NCBI GenBank assembly: GCA_051362555.1
Contig: CM120644.1
Coordinates: forward strand, 13,600,567-13,664,566
Length of the DNA: 64,000 nucleotides
DNA from: Lingula anatina
Taxonomy: Eukaryota; Animalia; Brachiopoda
Direction of reading: 5' to 3'
Shown here piece by piece: positions 1-15,000 of this stretch. A model generated the notes under the pieces. That model was not told where the DNA came from. It did not search any database and saw nothing but the letters and a program-made list of their open reading frames with translations. Numbering within the stretch: position 1 is the first letter of the stretch; the number at the start of each line of letters is the position of its first letter. A program made the translations under genes and the position numbers.

Positions 1-418
1 GGTGTAGTAACTGCTAATTTATAACAAAAGCACGCCGTACAATAAAAAAAAAATTTTAGAACAAATAATATCATTATGATTATATACAATCCAATATCTC
101 GGAGTCTTTCTTGTAACCTTCGGGTAAGGGGGAGGGGAGGGGGTTTAGTAGCATCTTCAGATGTGCCGATAACCCCCTCGATCTGTCTTCATATTTCCTT
201 CCTACATCCAAATTTCGAGGTGAGAAACCACCATATCAAAAGATTCAGTGAGTTTTTCACACGGCCAGTTAAATCCTTATCTAAGAAAATCAGGGACGTC
301 TGGATTTTTGACAGAAGATTTAACGTGTTCAACATTTCAAAGCTATGCATCTCACTCAAAACAGCAATGAAACTATGTTAAAGTGGCTGGGTAGAGTAAA
401 AGATGTCCCTAGACCTAC

Positions 419-517
419 CGTTCCTGGTCGTTTCTTTCTCGTGCTTGGGGTTGATGACCCAGGGCTGACAGAACGTTTGGTGCTTGCAGCGCGTCGCGGT
501 CTTGTAGAAGTTGCCAT
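419..517 (-). CDS. Putative first coding exon of a divergently transcribed gene (MATSTRPRRAASTKRSVSPGSSTPSTRKKRPGT), product unknown
   Basis: ATG in good context (acaatATGG on the - strand), 33 open codons of basic/Ser-rich NLS-like sequence, and a phase-0 donor ACG|gtaggt at 418. Downstream exons were not identified. Confidence 0.45.
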
Positions 518-655
518 ATTGTAAACAACAACGATTGCGATAGAGAAGACAACGCAACGCAATGAATGTGTAAAAAAAAGTAAGAAATTTTATGAATGAA
601 ATATGGCTGAAACGTGTGTCTTGTTATAAAACCATGAAAGGAAAAAAGAAACCCA

Positions 656-830
656 GGGGCGGATCCAGGATTATTATTAATATTATTATTATTATTATTT
701 TTATTTATTTTTTTTTTTTTTGGGGGGGGGGGGTCCGGTTTTTAGGAATGATCGACAGGCCGCGGATGCGAAGCCGACCGATCGCTCCCCCCCCCCCCAA
801 ATGGGGGGGTTCAGGGCACGCACGTTAAAA
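656..830. mobile_element. Fragment of a CAGGGGCGGATCCAGG-terminus non-autonomous DNA element (hAT-like MITE)
   Basis: The terminus aggggcggatccagga recurs at 48098 and 57946, and a paired version lies at 43570-43735. Confidence 0.5.
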
Positions 831-2186
831 TGCCCTGAAAATTTGGTGTTTTAGGGGAAGAACGGTGCCATTTGATACGGTTTAGAACTACAGTATGATT
901 CAGTTAGTAAAAATTCTAATTTCAAGAAGTGATCATTGGTGTGATATTTTTTCGAAAGGCCTACTATCATTGTCACCAAATCCTTTTTTTAAAGGTAAAA
1001 AAAAAAAAAAAACAGAGAATTGTGTAAAGAGTGGATCTTACTGCAAGTGCTGCTTAACCTGCCACACCCACCATGCATTGGATTTGAAGAAAATAAATAA
1101 TTAAAGTTACCCTTTTACTAACTCGAACATTTTAGAGCAGTTGGTCGTTGCAATTGTATTTGGTGCATTATGTCTGTCTCTTAAACCTCACCAACCTCAC
1201 AAAAATTGTCAGTGTCGCACAAAAGGACGATATTCAGTTGCAGTAAATCTTTATCATGTAAAATAAACAAAGCCACGTGATAAAAGGGTAATATTTCAAC
1301 TCGGAATGCTACTGTAATAACATTGTAACACCTACTGTCATTGGTCGCTTTTCGTGACAGCGGAAGAATATTGTCACCTGCGACCAATCACAGCATGACG
1401 TTTTGACACACTAGGTTATAGATGTCCGTGCTTCGGCAAGGGGCGATGTAAATTGGGTCATGGGGTTTGTTTCGCTATGAAATCACCTTGTAGACACAGT
1501 AAAACGCCCATCGGACGTGTATTACAGGCAATGCAAGCAAATTAGATACACGTTTAACCTCTGAGTTATCACAGGCAGGGAAAAAGATACAGGCGAGCGT
1601 ACTTCTGAGTGTGGTCAAGTCACATTTAACAGGTGGTTGCCTTGAAATGCAGAACTGAACCTACAACAAGCGACTTATTTCCTGGGTACAGCTATGTAAT
1701 CAGCTCGTGCAAGTATGTGATTTGTATTCTACAGCTGGTATACTTCATTGCCTGTCGTCAGATTATAGCCATTCCAGGTAGAACATATACTTTTTTCTGT
1801 CTGTCGGCTGTCACTCATTTGCTTTAAAGCGGTTTTGTGGAGACACTTTCTGTGGACTTGTAAACCAGCAGACTTCACTAGGATTACACGTTTTAAGTTG
1901 TATTCGTTTCCTCAAATCTCTTGATGATTTCAGTGCATAGGACAGTATAAACACTGCACAGATTGTAATACATAGCAAAGAGTTTCTTGTGCCCTTGTTA
2001 TTTAGATATCAGCGTCATTATTCTGCAGAACAGCTGTTTTTGATTCTGCAAAATTGGACAGTCGATATCTATTTCATACCATGTAATAATGCCTACAATT
2101 TAGATCAGTGTTCTTACTGATGCTTGTAGTATTAGTCCATTAGATTCGAGACCCTTTACCAGGGTATATAATACCATTTTTTTAAA

Positions 2187-2819
2187 ATGGCAACTGGGCG
2201 TGGGTCTCACACATATGTTCTTGTCCTCTATGATTACGACTATGTCGCTGACGATGGAAGTCCAGTTTCAATAAAGAAAGACGAGGAATATGTTTTGCTC
2301 AAGAAAGCTAACAAAGACTGGTGGCATGTCGCTAACCTTCACGCGAAGGCGAACGGGGAGAAGCCTTTTTACGTGCCTGCGGCCTATGTAGAAGAAATAT
2401 ACAAAAACGTGATATCAGTAGGACCAGGTGAAATACGAGAAACGATTGAGGATGTTCAAATGGATGCTACAGTCACAGTTAATGAGGACCAAGTAACAAC
2501 TATTAAGGTTGGATATGATCAAGAACCAGAGCCAGATTATCCTGGTGACCCCCCTGACTTGCACCCAAAGACCCCAAAACCAAACGAGGATTTAGACAAT
2601 AACAACATGAAGGATTTCAGTTTTCAGGAAGATTCGGACTCAGTGAGAGTTAAACAATCACCCCAAATCGTGCGGCAGAAATCGGCGCCCCCTGAGGTTC
2701 CACAAAAACCCCAACGAAGGTATGAAGACCCGACCTATGCTAATTTAGAGGAAGTGAGAGTGGCGGCGGGGATGGACAGACCATTGTCCCAAGTGTCACA
2801 ATCGTCAGATTTGTCACAG
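2187..2819 (+). CDS. ARHGAP12: RhoGAP gene coding exon 1: SH3 domain and proline-rich linker
   Basis: aaaATGG start, SH3 signature, phase-0 donor CAG|gtaagg. Confidence 0.9.
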
Positions 2820-5800
2820 GTAAGGGTGGTCATCTTAAGAAAGGGACTTTATCATTACTGAGTATGCATTTTTTTTCCAACTTAATTTTTGATTCTTTCT
2901 TCTTTCAGAAACTTGATGAGGAATGTGAAAGTGATGCAGTTTGTGTAAACATTTTATTCCTGTTTCTTTGTCCCATTGCAGAAAATGAAAGTACTGTACT
3001 TATTACTTGTATCTGCTGCCCTATTTAATACCTGTAGTTATTATTCACTGTAAAAGTGTCAGTTACTCAAGTATTTAACTGGTCAGTTTACAGTTACACA
3101 TGTATTTGACATGGGGGATAGAGAGGAGGGGAGGAGGTTGAGGCTTGGAGGGGGGATTCACTGTTCATTTTTCAGATTACATGAAGGAGTTTTTTTTCCA
3201 CTGTTCTGGACCCTGTACTAAGTACTAGTACTGTGACAGTTGTCATGTTTGTAAGTGTACATGTGCTGGATAAAAACACATGTTTAAAGTATAAACTACA
3301 TGTTTTACAAAATGTCCAGGGTTCTTTTGACAGCTGTTTTGAAAACAGGACTTGTTTACTAGTAGGATTCCAAAGACAAGGGAATTATCCTCTTTTAGAC
3401 CCCATTCCCCGAGATTAGATCGATCTACTTTAGATCGACCTAACTCCCTGGGGGTTCACACTAAATAGCTGTCAGCCGAGCGGTCACGAAAGTTAATTAC
3501 CCCCTTACAGATTGTAGTAGGTGGACATTTAAGCCGGATTATCTGACGGTAATCTAGTGAGACTCGGCATGGCGATAGATCGATCCAAAAGCTCTGGGAA
3601 TACGCCCTTAGTCTTAGGAGGTAAAATTGAAAAAAATATTTGTAAAGCTGCATTTATTTGCAAGCTCATGTACTAGTACAGACACTGGGCAAAAATGTAA
3701 ATGCCCCTTGTGAATTATTTTTGTAGCTTGTAATGGGCTATGGACATTAATCTCTAGGTACATGTATATAAATAAACATAATGTAACATAATGCTGATAT
3801 CATTTTTAAAGTTTTGAATGGGGCATTTATATTTTTGCTCAGTGTATATAGCCTGTGCTCAAGTACCAGTTAATGCTTGACTTTGTAGAGATAGTCATTT
3901 AAATGGCCACTGTATCACACTAACATAAGACCCTTGTGTATTATAGGGCACTAAGATGAACATAAAAGTACACTTAACATACATGTGGTGTTGTTCAGGT
4001 GGAAAAAAACATCAACAACCACACATGCATAATGCCCCATTACCTGAGCAAGAGGCTCATACTTGGAGTTAAGTTGTACATGGTCAGTCACTGGTCAGTG
4101 CGTCACATGAAGTCCAGATGGTCATCATGATTAATGGTCACTCACCATGGCATACACTTTATTATAGGCAGTGGGCAATATGGTGGCTAATATATATATA
4201 TATATATTATAAATGGAAACGTTTTTCCTGTACGAGTAATATTATATATAATAAAAAGAAAAAGAAGAACAGCAACTTTCTTGCCCCGACCGGTTTCTTT
4301 CTTTCTTCAGGGGGTTTTGTTTATTTGTTACTAGGTGATGTCATAAAGGCTTAAATGTGACGTCTTTAACAATGAGTGTTTAATTGTTACTTTTACCAAT
4401 GCTTTTATCTATTCAATGTAGGTTTATACTTATTAATGAATAGATTTTCTTTTATTTCCCTCTATAAAGAGAGAGAGAGAGAGAGAGTTTAATGTATAAA
4501 ATGATCATGTGTGTTCAGACAGGTTTTATTTCTGATTATTTCTGGTCTAAATTGGACATCCTGATTAGTCACCCTAGTGTGCTTTGGATATGTCTGAATC
4601 TAAATGCATTTCTCCATGCCTTCTCCTTTATAATGCGATCCAGCTTTGCTTCAAACTTCACAAATCCTCTTAAGATTATTTCTTGGTATATACTGCTATG
4701 TATGTTAGACAGACATTGTCATTCTGAGTTATATTTTGTTTGAACTGACATGAAGTAGGTCAGACTTTGAAAGTTGAAGGTCCAAAGATGATATCAAGTA
4801 GAATATTTCTGTCCTTTACACTGGCAAGAATATGCAATATAATATTTGCATCCATTGCCATTGTCTAATGGTCAATGTGACCTTCTCATTAAATTCAATT
4901 CTCATTAAGGGTTGAAAAGGTGCAGTGGGGTCCCGGGTAGAGAGGAGACTACAAGATATTTAGGGAAGAGGCATTTTTATGAAACTTAAATAATTATCCT
5001 TAAAAGTGACAACCGCCCACTCCATTTATACCCCCTTTACACTGGACGGCTTCCTTTCTGCAACCATGAAATTTGGCATCGCTGTGGTCTTAATAAGGAG
5101 GCACGAGCATTGATCTGGTATCAGAATGAATGCTCAATGATCGGCCAGTTGTCGGCACATAAAGTATTATAATTTTTTAACTCTCAAATGGGGCCGAACT
5201 GCTGGACGCAGAAGGGACGCCATCCAGTGTAAAGGGGGCTTTAGAGTGCTATAAAAGAGAAAACAGGAAAGGTCAGGAGGGAGAAATCAATATAGTAAAA
5301 TATGGTGACAGCATTAGTCGCTGTTGTCTTGAAATAGCAGTTCTGATAACAATACAGATGTAGCCATGTTCATGGAATATTAGTGTCAGTCAGTAAACAG
5401 TTTGTTCTGTTCAGTAGTCAGGACACAGTTAGCTGTATAATTCTGGGTAAAATTGGTTCCACAAAATACATTCATACTGAAAATTGGTGTTAATTTAAAA
5501 GATGAATCATAGCATCAATTCACAATGGGATTTTGCCCTGTTTTATAACTAGTCAAATATGGCTAATGTTTGGAACCAGTGATTTTTTAAGGATGAACAT
5601 ATGGTTCAAGGAACATGTCTATATCTTCTTAGCCCACTGGAAAATATTCCAACATTTTGCTTATCATTATTTCAACAGATATTCATTTCATATCCTTATT
5701 TAATTATGTGCCAGTTACATAAGGATATACAATGCTTTTTATTTCTTCTGTATTGATATTTTAGACCTGTTAATTTGTAGATAACATTTCACTTGATTTA

Positions 5801-7613
5801 ATGCCACTATTTTCACAAAAACATGCAAATTTTGGCAGTTTTTTATTGATCGCATCCTAAAATTTGATTGGTATAAAGCTATCTCATGTTGGAGTAGATC
5901 AAAATTTTGGTCTAAATGTTCAGACCAATTTTCGGTCCAAAGATTTTTCTTATGAAACCAACACCAGGAACTAAACTTCTACTAGTAACTGCTTGAACTA
6001 AGCACTGAACAATTTTGAATGGTTCAACCATAACCTGTTGTAAGAAGTGATAGACTAGTGATTCTCTTCTTTTAATCAGAGATGAAAGTTTCCAACATAT
6101 TTTATCTGGAAGTCTGGTTAGTTACGGAATAATTATTTTGAAAGTCTGGAGGACATTGGGTGTTAGACCCCCCCCCCATCAAGTAGGTGATGCCATATTT
6201 GATCCGCAGATCAGTTAGTCCACAGGTCAACTTGTTCTGAATGGGCCCATAAACTGCTTGTGCAAAAAACCATGATATCGTCTGTGAGCATTTTTTTGAA
6301 CATGTTTACTGTTATCTGTGGCCATGAAGGTTGAAAGTTATTTTGTCTATAATCTGCTGTGTTTATCTGATCTATGTGCAGTCAGTGGCCACATCTGAGG
6401 AACATTTACACACAGGTTTTTGGAGAACATTGCAAACTACGGATTTTAATTAAAACACAATATAGGAATGTTTACACACAGGAGAAGGCTGCAGATGCAG
6501 ATAAAATCAAGTTATACAAATTGGCATTCTGGAAAGCAAAACACCACAAGTTTGATAAAATCAGCAGTCACATGAGTTTCATTATATAAATCTGTATTAA
6601 AACCTGTCTTTGCTGTCAATGGCAGATGGTACCCCTCCCCCACTTCTCAAATAGTTTCATACATGCAAACCTGTGAGCAAAGTGAGGCAATCTTTTGTTA
6701 CCCCCTCCCCCCCCCCCCCCCCCCCCCTCTGCAACTGTCCAGACCTCTGGAGCAGTGCCTTAACCACAGTGATTAAATGATACAGAGATGACAGCAGATT
6801 TAGATTCAGTATATGTGATAAAATCATAACACAACCGCTTGCCAAAACACACGCTACATAGACATGTGATGTAATACCTCCGGCTACAAGTTGAACCATA
6901 AAATGTGATGCCGTCTGCCTTATCTTATAGATCACCTCTACCCTGTCCATGCTAGGGTCATTAATCCGGATAAGTTGTGGACTGGATCGGGATGCAAATG
7001 AGTGCAGTCGTGTCAATGCATGAGGATATATGTGCTCAATTAATGCATGAGGATATCTGTAAATTGATTTACAGTGAGATGGATTTCTGAGAGCCATTTA
7101 GAGAATTCATCGTAACTTGAAATGGTTGAGGGGTTTATTGTGTGTGTGTGTGCGTGCACAAGAATGCCAGAAAATAGTTTTGAGATAGCAAAACTTACAA
7201 AGAAAAAGCAAAAAGGTAAAAGAGATGTTGAAAACAGAAGTTGACACCATATTTTTGCATGCACACACGACACATGCCATATTGTTCTCTAATATATGAA
7301 GTGGTCACCGGAATTCTTAGCAAAGACAATCAGTTTTGCTTTGTTGTGTGAATTCAAAATTGCAACAATACTTTTTAAAAGAAATAGAAATAAAGAAATT
7401 CATGTATCCAAAATGGCAGTGTCAGGGGGATATACAGTGATGATTGATGAAAGATTGTTATGACCATCAAGATGTCTGCCAGTGAACAAACAGCATCTTC
7501 ACTAACTTTATATAAATGCGTCTCAACTGTCATGCTTCTCCTTTGCATAAAGTAAGCATTAAAAGTAGCCTGTGCATGCAAAAGGCAAATAAAAATACTG
7601 CTGTCCACCCTGG

Positions 7614-7652
<39 letters not shown>

Positions 7653-9330
7653 AGAGAAGCTTCAGGGATCAGTTTTTTCAAAAAGTCTGTAGATGGCAGA
7701 GACTAAGTCTTATCGTAAAAAGCAGGGATGAGATTTTTCTGACTAATGGCAGATTTCCAGTTTTTTTTTGGAATGAAAAATGTCATTGGCCTAGCCAGCC
7801 CCCCTGGAGCCCCTGCCATATCTACTACTTTTTCACTAAATGGCAGTCTCAACCTTGAAAAAGTTTTAAAATTTGTGCGTCCAAATTACAGATTCATATT
7901 TTGGACTTCCTGTGCCCCAAATCCCATTGAAAGCCCTTGCAAGAATGAATTCTAAGTTTTGTCATTTTATTAATCTGTACTAGTACTGATTTTTATAACT
8001 TATATGATATTTGATACGGTGTCAAATGTAATATTGATACTTGAAAAACTGCCCTTACTACAATATAAAGCAAGGATGAAATATTGCCATATAAGTGATG
8101 TCATCTTTCAAGCAAGGGCTTGCAAAGTACGATAGTATCAGAGAATTTATATGCCCCATTTCTTTAACTCTTGTTGTCATCATGATAAACGATACATAGT
8201 CTCATATTTTATAAAGCCAGTTCTTCTTGAACTCCCCCATCCTACATTGTACAAAAGGCTACACCAGGGCGGAGTGTGCATTGTAATAATTTATTCAGGA
8301 AGAAAGTTTAGTTTTTATCCCAGTGCCACATTTTGAGCGTGGGCCTACTAGTACAATAATTATAGTCAATACAGAAGAATGATCAGATGCAGATCCACCT
8401 CCTTCATTGATGTTGACTTCTAGAAATATTTCATTTTAAAAATCGTAATATATTTGTAAGCTGCCATGATGTAAGGTCCTTTATACATAGATTGTATACC
8501 TAAGCGATATAATAGCCTGTACTAGTACACTTTGTGAGATTGCAGTGACAGTCTAATAGTCTTTCTTTTTTGTGAGAGTCACCAAAATGTCCTTCCCCAT
8601 CGGCATCCCCATCTTTGACAAAACCAATTAAAAACTAGAAACTTCACAACAGGAAAGAGAATTATGGGAAACTAGTATAAGGGATTTAATTGTCAGTTAA
8701 TTACTTGTTAGGGCCTTTCAGAGTGTACCAGTATATACTAGTACTGTATCCTCTATAGTAAATATATTATGTTATTTGATATGAATGGCACACGGTATGC
8801 ACAAGGACATCATTGAACAATTTACCAGGGCTGCACGTCTAAGTGGTATATAGACTTAGATAGAAATTAACTTACTAAGTCAATATTAAGTCATTGATTT
8901 CTTGGAAATATTAGATTACAGCTGGTTACAGAAATGTTATTGGGTGTCTGTTGTTTATAAACTGATGATAATCATGCTGACATCATTTACTATCTAGACT
9001 CAGTTGTCTATATATGGTTTTAATTGTAAGGGCCAGGCCACCGTAGAGTTAACTGTTCCTCACCCATGAGTTTTCCCAGAGAGCAGTCCAGCCATCATTT
9101 GGACAGCCTTTGTCCTCAAAAGACTGTTCGTATTTTCCAAGACAGCTGGACAGCTTATAAAATTTTTGGGGAATAATGGTATATTAGTAGTTGGACCCCC
9201 TGAAAATAGGTGACCAAATTACAGATCAACATTTTGGACTCCCTGTATTTTAAATAATGGAGAAACCCCAGGCTTCGCTTTATGTTCTATGGGTAGATAA
9301 GATGTGTGTGTGTGTGTGTGTGTGTGCATT

Positions 9331-9364
<34 letters not shown>

Positions 9365-11712
9365 TTAGTTTTGTGTCCCTTTTTTTTCAACTTTGTATAA
9401 CCCATCTTGGCACTAGTAGGTGCATTTCCAGACATTTTTTGCAGACCTTTCCTGATGTCAACAATTTCAGTCATCTACTATACTTGTTTGCTTTGAACAG
9501 AAACCATTGCCAGAAAATCTTATCACACTTATTTACTATTTTTAAATTCTTAATCTCTTTTTATTTTGAGGATTTTTAGTTGACTTTTAGCTAGGGAAGT
9601 CATCCAGTTTGGCTTTTCTTCAGGGTTGCTGCATGGGAATCTGTCATGTGATAAAAACCTGTTGTCAATGGAATGTCACTTATGGTATATTTTATAATGT
9701 GCTGTATTAAAATTATTTTTAAACATTTCTTTAGGAACTCTTCCATTCATTCTTCCAAAAGAAAAATAATATTTAATTAATTTATTCATAATTCAATATT
9801 ATAATCATTTATTTATACTGATAACCAATCTTAGAACTGATACAGATTGTCTTTTTTAATTTTATCTCTAGTTTCTCTTTCAAATTTCAAACTTTAAATC
9901 ACCCTAATTAACTTACTACATTTTATCTGATATGTAAAAAAGGCTCAATTTCATTGACTTTTATAACAAATCTCTTCTTTATTAACATGATACATTGTCA
10001 TGTAAATTTAAATAATATTTCTAGTCATTGTGTTTTTATCTCTGTTATTTAAGAACAGCCAAAACAGAGAATTACCATAAAAACAGAAACCAGATAATTT
10101 TTTCATCTTTGTAGTGTGTTTTAGTTTCTGAGTGTGCTTTCTCTGATTTAATCAACAATAACAGAATTTCTGTGAAATTCCTCAGAAAACTTGATCATAT
10201 TAAAAAGTAACTAATAGTATGTTTTTTTAATCTCTGTGTGCTTTCTCTCCCTTTCACAGGACTCCCCAGATTCTGACCGAGACTATGCGAATTACAGACC
10301 AGGTTCTCTCTCTCCCTTTTCCACTTTCGCTATCTCTCCTCCCTCCCCCAGCCTCGTCCCCAATAACCCTAAGAAAAATCTCGACTACGGCTGGGAAGAA
10401 CATCTGGACGAAACTACAGGACGAACTTACTACTACAACGTGCACACGCGACAAACATCGTGGAACCCACCTCGGGTACGAGCACGTATTCGCTCACACT
10501 CGGATGCGGTTTTTACCGCCAGGCAACGGCTTCAACTTAACACCAGTCGGGACTCTGCATTTTCCTCTGATTTTTCACCTGTAGGTGGCGTGTCATGCAC
10601 ATTTCTTTACTTCCTTTTGGAACTTTCTGTGACTCAGAAATTCATTGACAGTTCCACATTATATTTTTTTATTCTGTGTATGCATCATTATCTGTTATAT
10701 TTCATCTAACTATACTGCATGCCCCATTAACAGCCTTTTTGTTCTAATTATTGCATTTGATGTATTCTGCCTGCTACCACTAATCGCATTTCTAATACTT
10801 ACATATAATATGTTTTATTGCACTTATTCTCACAAAACAAACATTAAAGAAGGGGGGAGGGGCTGCAACGCCTGCTGCACCTGATGATAAAATTGCAACG
10901 TGTTTCAAATTGACAAAAATATTTATCTAGCAAATAATAGCAGATATCTTAAAAGACAGATGCCTATTTTAGGTCATGTTTGCTACTAGACCAGTTGAGT
11001 CTGGTGACGTGTCACATAAGACCTTAAGCCTAATTATTAACTGATTCATACTGCTTATAAGTTGTATTTTTGATATTGGTCGAAGAGCATTTTATGAACA
11101 ATTGGTGCACAAAATATTTAGTTAACATAGAGTCCAAAATAGGCTTTTATTACCATTGAGACGAAAAGTATTTGTCAGGACAGTTAAAATTGAGTCAGGG
11201 GCTTGATTGAAAGTCCAAAAACAGATCCTTTTTAAATTCTTTGTAAAAATTTTCAATAGTCTTTGATAAGACAGATTTTTTTATTTTACTCATTTTGTGA
11301 AATAGGCCCTTGAATAATCAAAACTGACATCTCAAAATGGCAAAATGTTTGGGATTTGAAAAAGAGACAAATTCTCCTATCCCTGTTGTTTTGGTTGCAA
11401 GTAATGTTTCTTTCACATAGTACATTTGTCAAACCATTCATGTGCATATGATTGCGTACACATGCTTGTGTGCATGTCAGTGCAGGCACATTGAATCTGG
11501 CGCAAATATACACCAAGCAGGGGGAATGAGAGTAGATGCAAGGGGGGGGGGGCATTTGCATGTTTATTGGTATTAACACTTGCATATTGTGCACTGTGCA
11601 GCATGATGACTAACTGGAATATGCATGGCCATATTGATTATATGCTGAATAGGGTTATCTGTTTGGTACATTTGACTAACAATTTTAATAGCTAGCATAA
11701 TAAGATAATGAC

Positions 11713-11807
<95 letters not shown>

Positions 11808-12014
11808 CTCTGCCATCTTCTTCATTCCATTTTTAACCTCAGATCTACCAAAATACCTGAAAATATTTCTGTCGATTGTAAAACACTTTGGAACTAGGGA
11901 AGCACCCATGATGCCTTTGTTTTAAAGACCAGTATTAAAGCAGCATTAAATACACTTCAGTTTATACACATACGTGAATGTCCAGAGCCAAGTGCAAGAT
12001 AATCGCACGTGCGT

Positions 12015-12050
<36 letters not shown>

Positions 12051-15000
12051 CAAGAGAGAGACTGAGAGTTCATGTTGTCAAAATTTTTTTTTTCAGCTAT
12101 ATAATAATGGACAAGAATATCTTAAAATGCATGCACAGTAGCACCTTAGTGATTTTAATATGTTAATCTTACCACTAACTCATAAAACTAATTTAGTCAA
12201 TAATCTTTGCCTGCCTGATGAAGAAGCATCATTATCTGAAATTTTATATGAATGTTGACGTCAATTCTGCTTCTTCGCTTCAACTAATACTATGTCTAAT
12301 GAGAATTTAGATTTATTTTCCTGAATTGAGATGTTATGGTAAACTATACTTATTATTATCTTAAAGAGGTTAAGTAAGTTTGGTCTTCATGTCTTATTTT
12401 TCCCCAAGTAATATAGCCTTTAGAATTATTGGTTTGTATTTACAGGGTTTAGGGTATTGCAGATTGTTTTGTCTTGATATGTATGGGCAGTGGTTAGGCT
12501 TTATTTGTTATTCTACATCTGTTATTAACATTTTTGTTGTGTTATATTTTATGTCATTATATTTTTATGCTTTTGAATATATTGCCACATGTAGTTGTAT
12601 ATTTGTCTGTCACAATACACTTATTATACTATTTTGAAATTTTCTTGTAAACCTCAAATAAATTTGTGTTATGTGTATAAACAGGACACATTGTTTAACT
12701 TACATTATGTCAATATATATTCTCATTGTTTCCATTTTTATGTACCATTATCATGAAAAAAGGATGTGAAAAATTTTCTGTGATGTTAATGAGATAATTA
12801 TTTTTTTGAAAGAAAATTTTAAAGTCAGGTAATTTATATGAGCAAAATGAGCAGATATCATATGAGAAGTTCAAGAATATTATTGTCATGCCTTTAATAC
12901 TCTACAGGCGAGTCCAGTTTCCCCTCACAGCCCCAGTATTAGTCCACTGAGACCTTCAACTCTCTCCTCTAAAAGTGCCAGTCTTCCGCGAGGTTGGAAA
13001 CAGGAAGTAAATGATGGCGGAGAGGTGACTTTTGTGAATGACGGTCTTGGGGAAAAGGTATTTGTTTTGGTTTATCAAATTTAAATGATTTTGCAAAAAT
13101 GAAATCAAAGGAGCTTCTGAGAAATGCAATGGAATTTATATTCAAGAGTTGTTTTTTTTGAGACCATCTGATGCCACTAGCACTTTGGATTCATAATTTT
13201 CTACATAGAATCCTGTTTAAAGTGTGCCAAAACTTTCAATTTTTTTCCAAAGTAATTTTCATCAGTGCAAAACTTGTTCTTTGACTTGGATCTGACATTT
13301 TGTACCATTTTTGATTAAGTAATGTAGTTCCAAATGCTTCCCACAACTTTAAGACTGCCACGTCCTTCTGGCTGCATTTCATCGGGAAATATTGATACAC
13401 AGTACCTTTAATTGGGAGGTTGTTTTGTTTTTAGTTTCTGAATTGGGAAAGATAATTAGCTGTTAGCAGGATGTATAGATACAGAAAATATGACTTTGGG
13501 ACAAGCTGACATTTCGATGTTATACCTTAAATATCCAGATTAATGCTTCAATTTGACATCCAACCAAAGTAAATTGTGTTAAACTGTTAATTTTTATCTT
13601 TTTAGTGGCTGTGTTCCCAAGACGACCAAGGGAGGACATATTACTACAAAGAAGATGGCTCCGAGTCGGCATGGGAGTTGCCTGAAATGCCAAAGGTAAG
13701 TCCGCGTATTTATCTTCTGTAACAACCCCCACAAATGTTGCTATATGGCAAAAGCTTGAAAATTTTGTCACTTAAAAATTGATTAATATTTTAAAATGCC
13801 CAAAGTGTTCAAGTTTGATGAAATTTTCCGACAAAATTTTCAAGACCAACTAAATTTTCAAAATTTTACTCTATCACAGAGAACAAATATATATTAAATA
13901 TATAACAAATATATACAAAATATATAACAAAAGGAACCAGTACATGGAAATGTAACTCTAAAACCATAGACTTAATGATGGTGTTGTGAAATAGTGACAG
14001 AAGGTTTATGGTTACAGAATAGGACTTTTACAGGGAAGTGTGGGAGTACGTGTGATGACAAATTTGTAATGATGCACATGAAATTTGAAGCATGAATTTG
14101 CTGTGGCATCATCAACTCTTTTTTTCTTTGTTCAAAAATGGCATATTATCTCATATTCAGGGGACAAAAGAATTTGTCACTGAATATGAAGCTTTAGTGG
14201 CTCTGAAAGTAAAATGACTCACTGTCTGTTGAGACTTCTGTTGGGACTTCAGTTGAATAGGATATCATGTTTAGGGTGTAAGTTAAAAGCTCTGTGCAGA
14301 ATATCAGGCATAGAGAGATAAAGTGAATCCACAGCATGTGTTCTGTCTGCATTTCTGACTGACAATTATAGTCAGAGTTAAGGCATGAACTGATGGTTAT
14401 AAGATCCAGGTCAAAGATTACTGCTCAGTGAGTCATCTTCATTTGCTTTTGGAAAGGTCAAACATTAACAAAAAAAGTTATTATATACTTTATTAAAATG
14501 TAAAAGATGGTGTGCTGTGATTCAAAATGTTCATTTAAAGTGGTTATGTGGATTTTCAAAATAATGAATGAACGTATGATTATTAATAACAGAAAAATAT
14601 GTAGTTAAAAGTTCACATGTTAATGGGATTCACAGTGCACAGTAAGGCTAAGCATACAAAAGTTACCCAACATCGTAATCTGTTCTATAGATAATTGATA
14701 TTCAATCTCCAGAATTGTATCATATTTATAGGTGAACTTTGACAAAGCATGATGCTGTCAATGACAAAAAAGAATAATAATCACAGTTTTATTTAGTATT
14801 CTGTATTGGAATCGTTCCATGAAATGCACTTCAATAGGGCAACATATGATTAACCACCGATTAAAATTATCTGTGCAAACTTACGTGATAAGATACCTTC
14901 GTAGGGGTGGATAAGCCACGTCCTTCTTCTTGACGCTAAATTTGAAGAATTAACTACACATTGCATCTTTAACTGTTTGACAAATTATGACTGTTAGTTT

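Noticed and set aside
76-381. 101-aa + strand ORF and minus-strand frames in 60-410
   Set aside because: No recognisable domain, and no phase-consistent splice sites linking them to the 419-517 exon.
6657-7608. Cluster of minus-strand ORFs in intron 1
   Set aside because: They run through homopolymer and microsatellite tracts, have no domain signatures and are of chance length.
11286-12166. Cys/Val- or His/Thr-repeat ORFs
   Set aside because: These are translations of (CA)n microsatellites.
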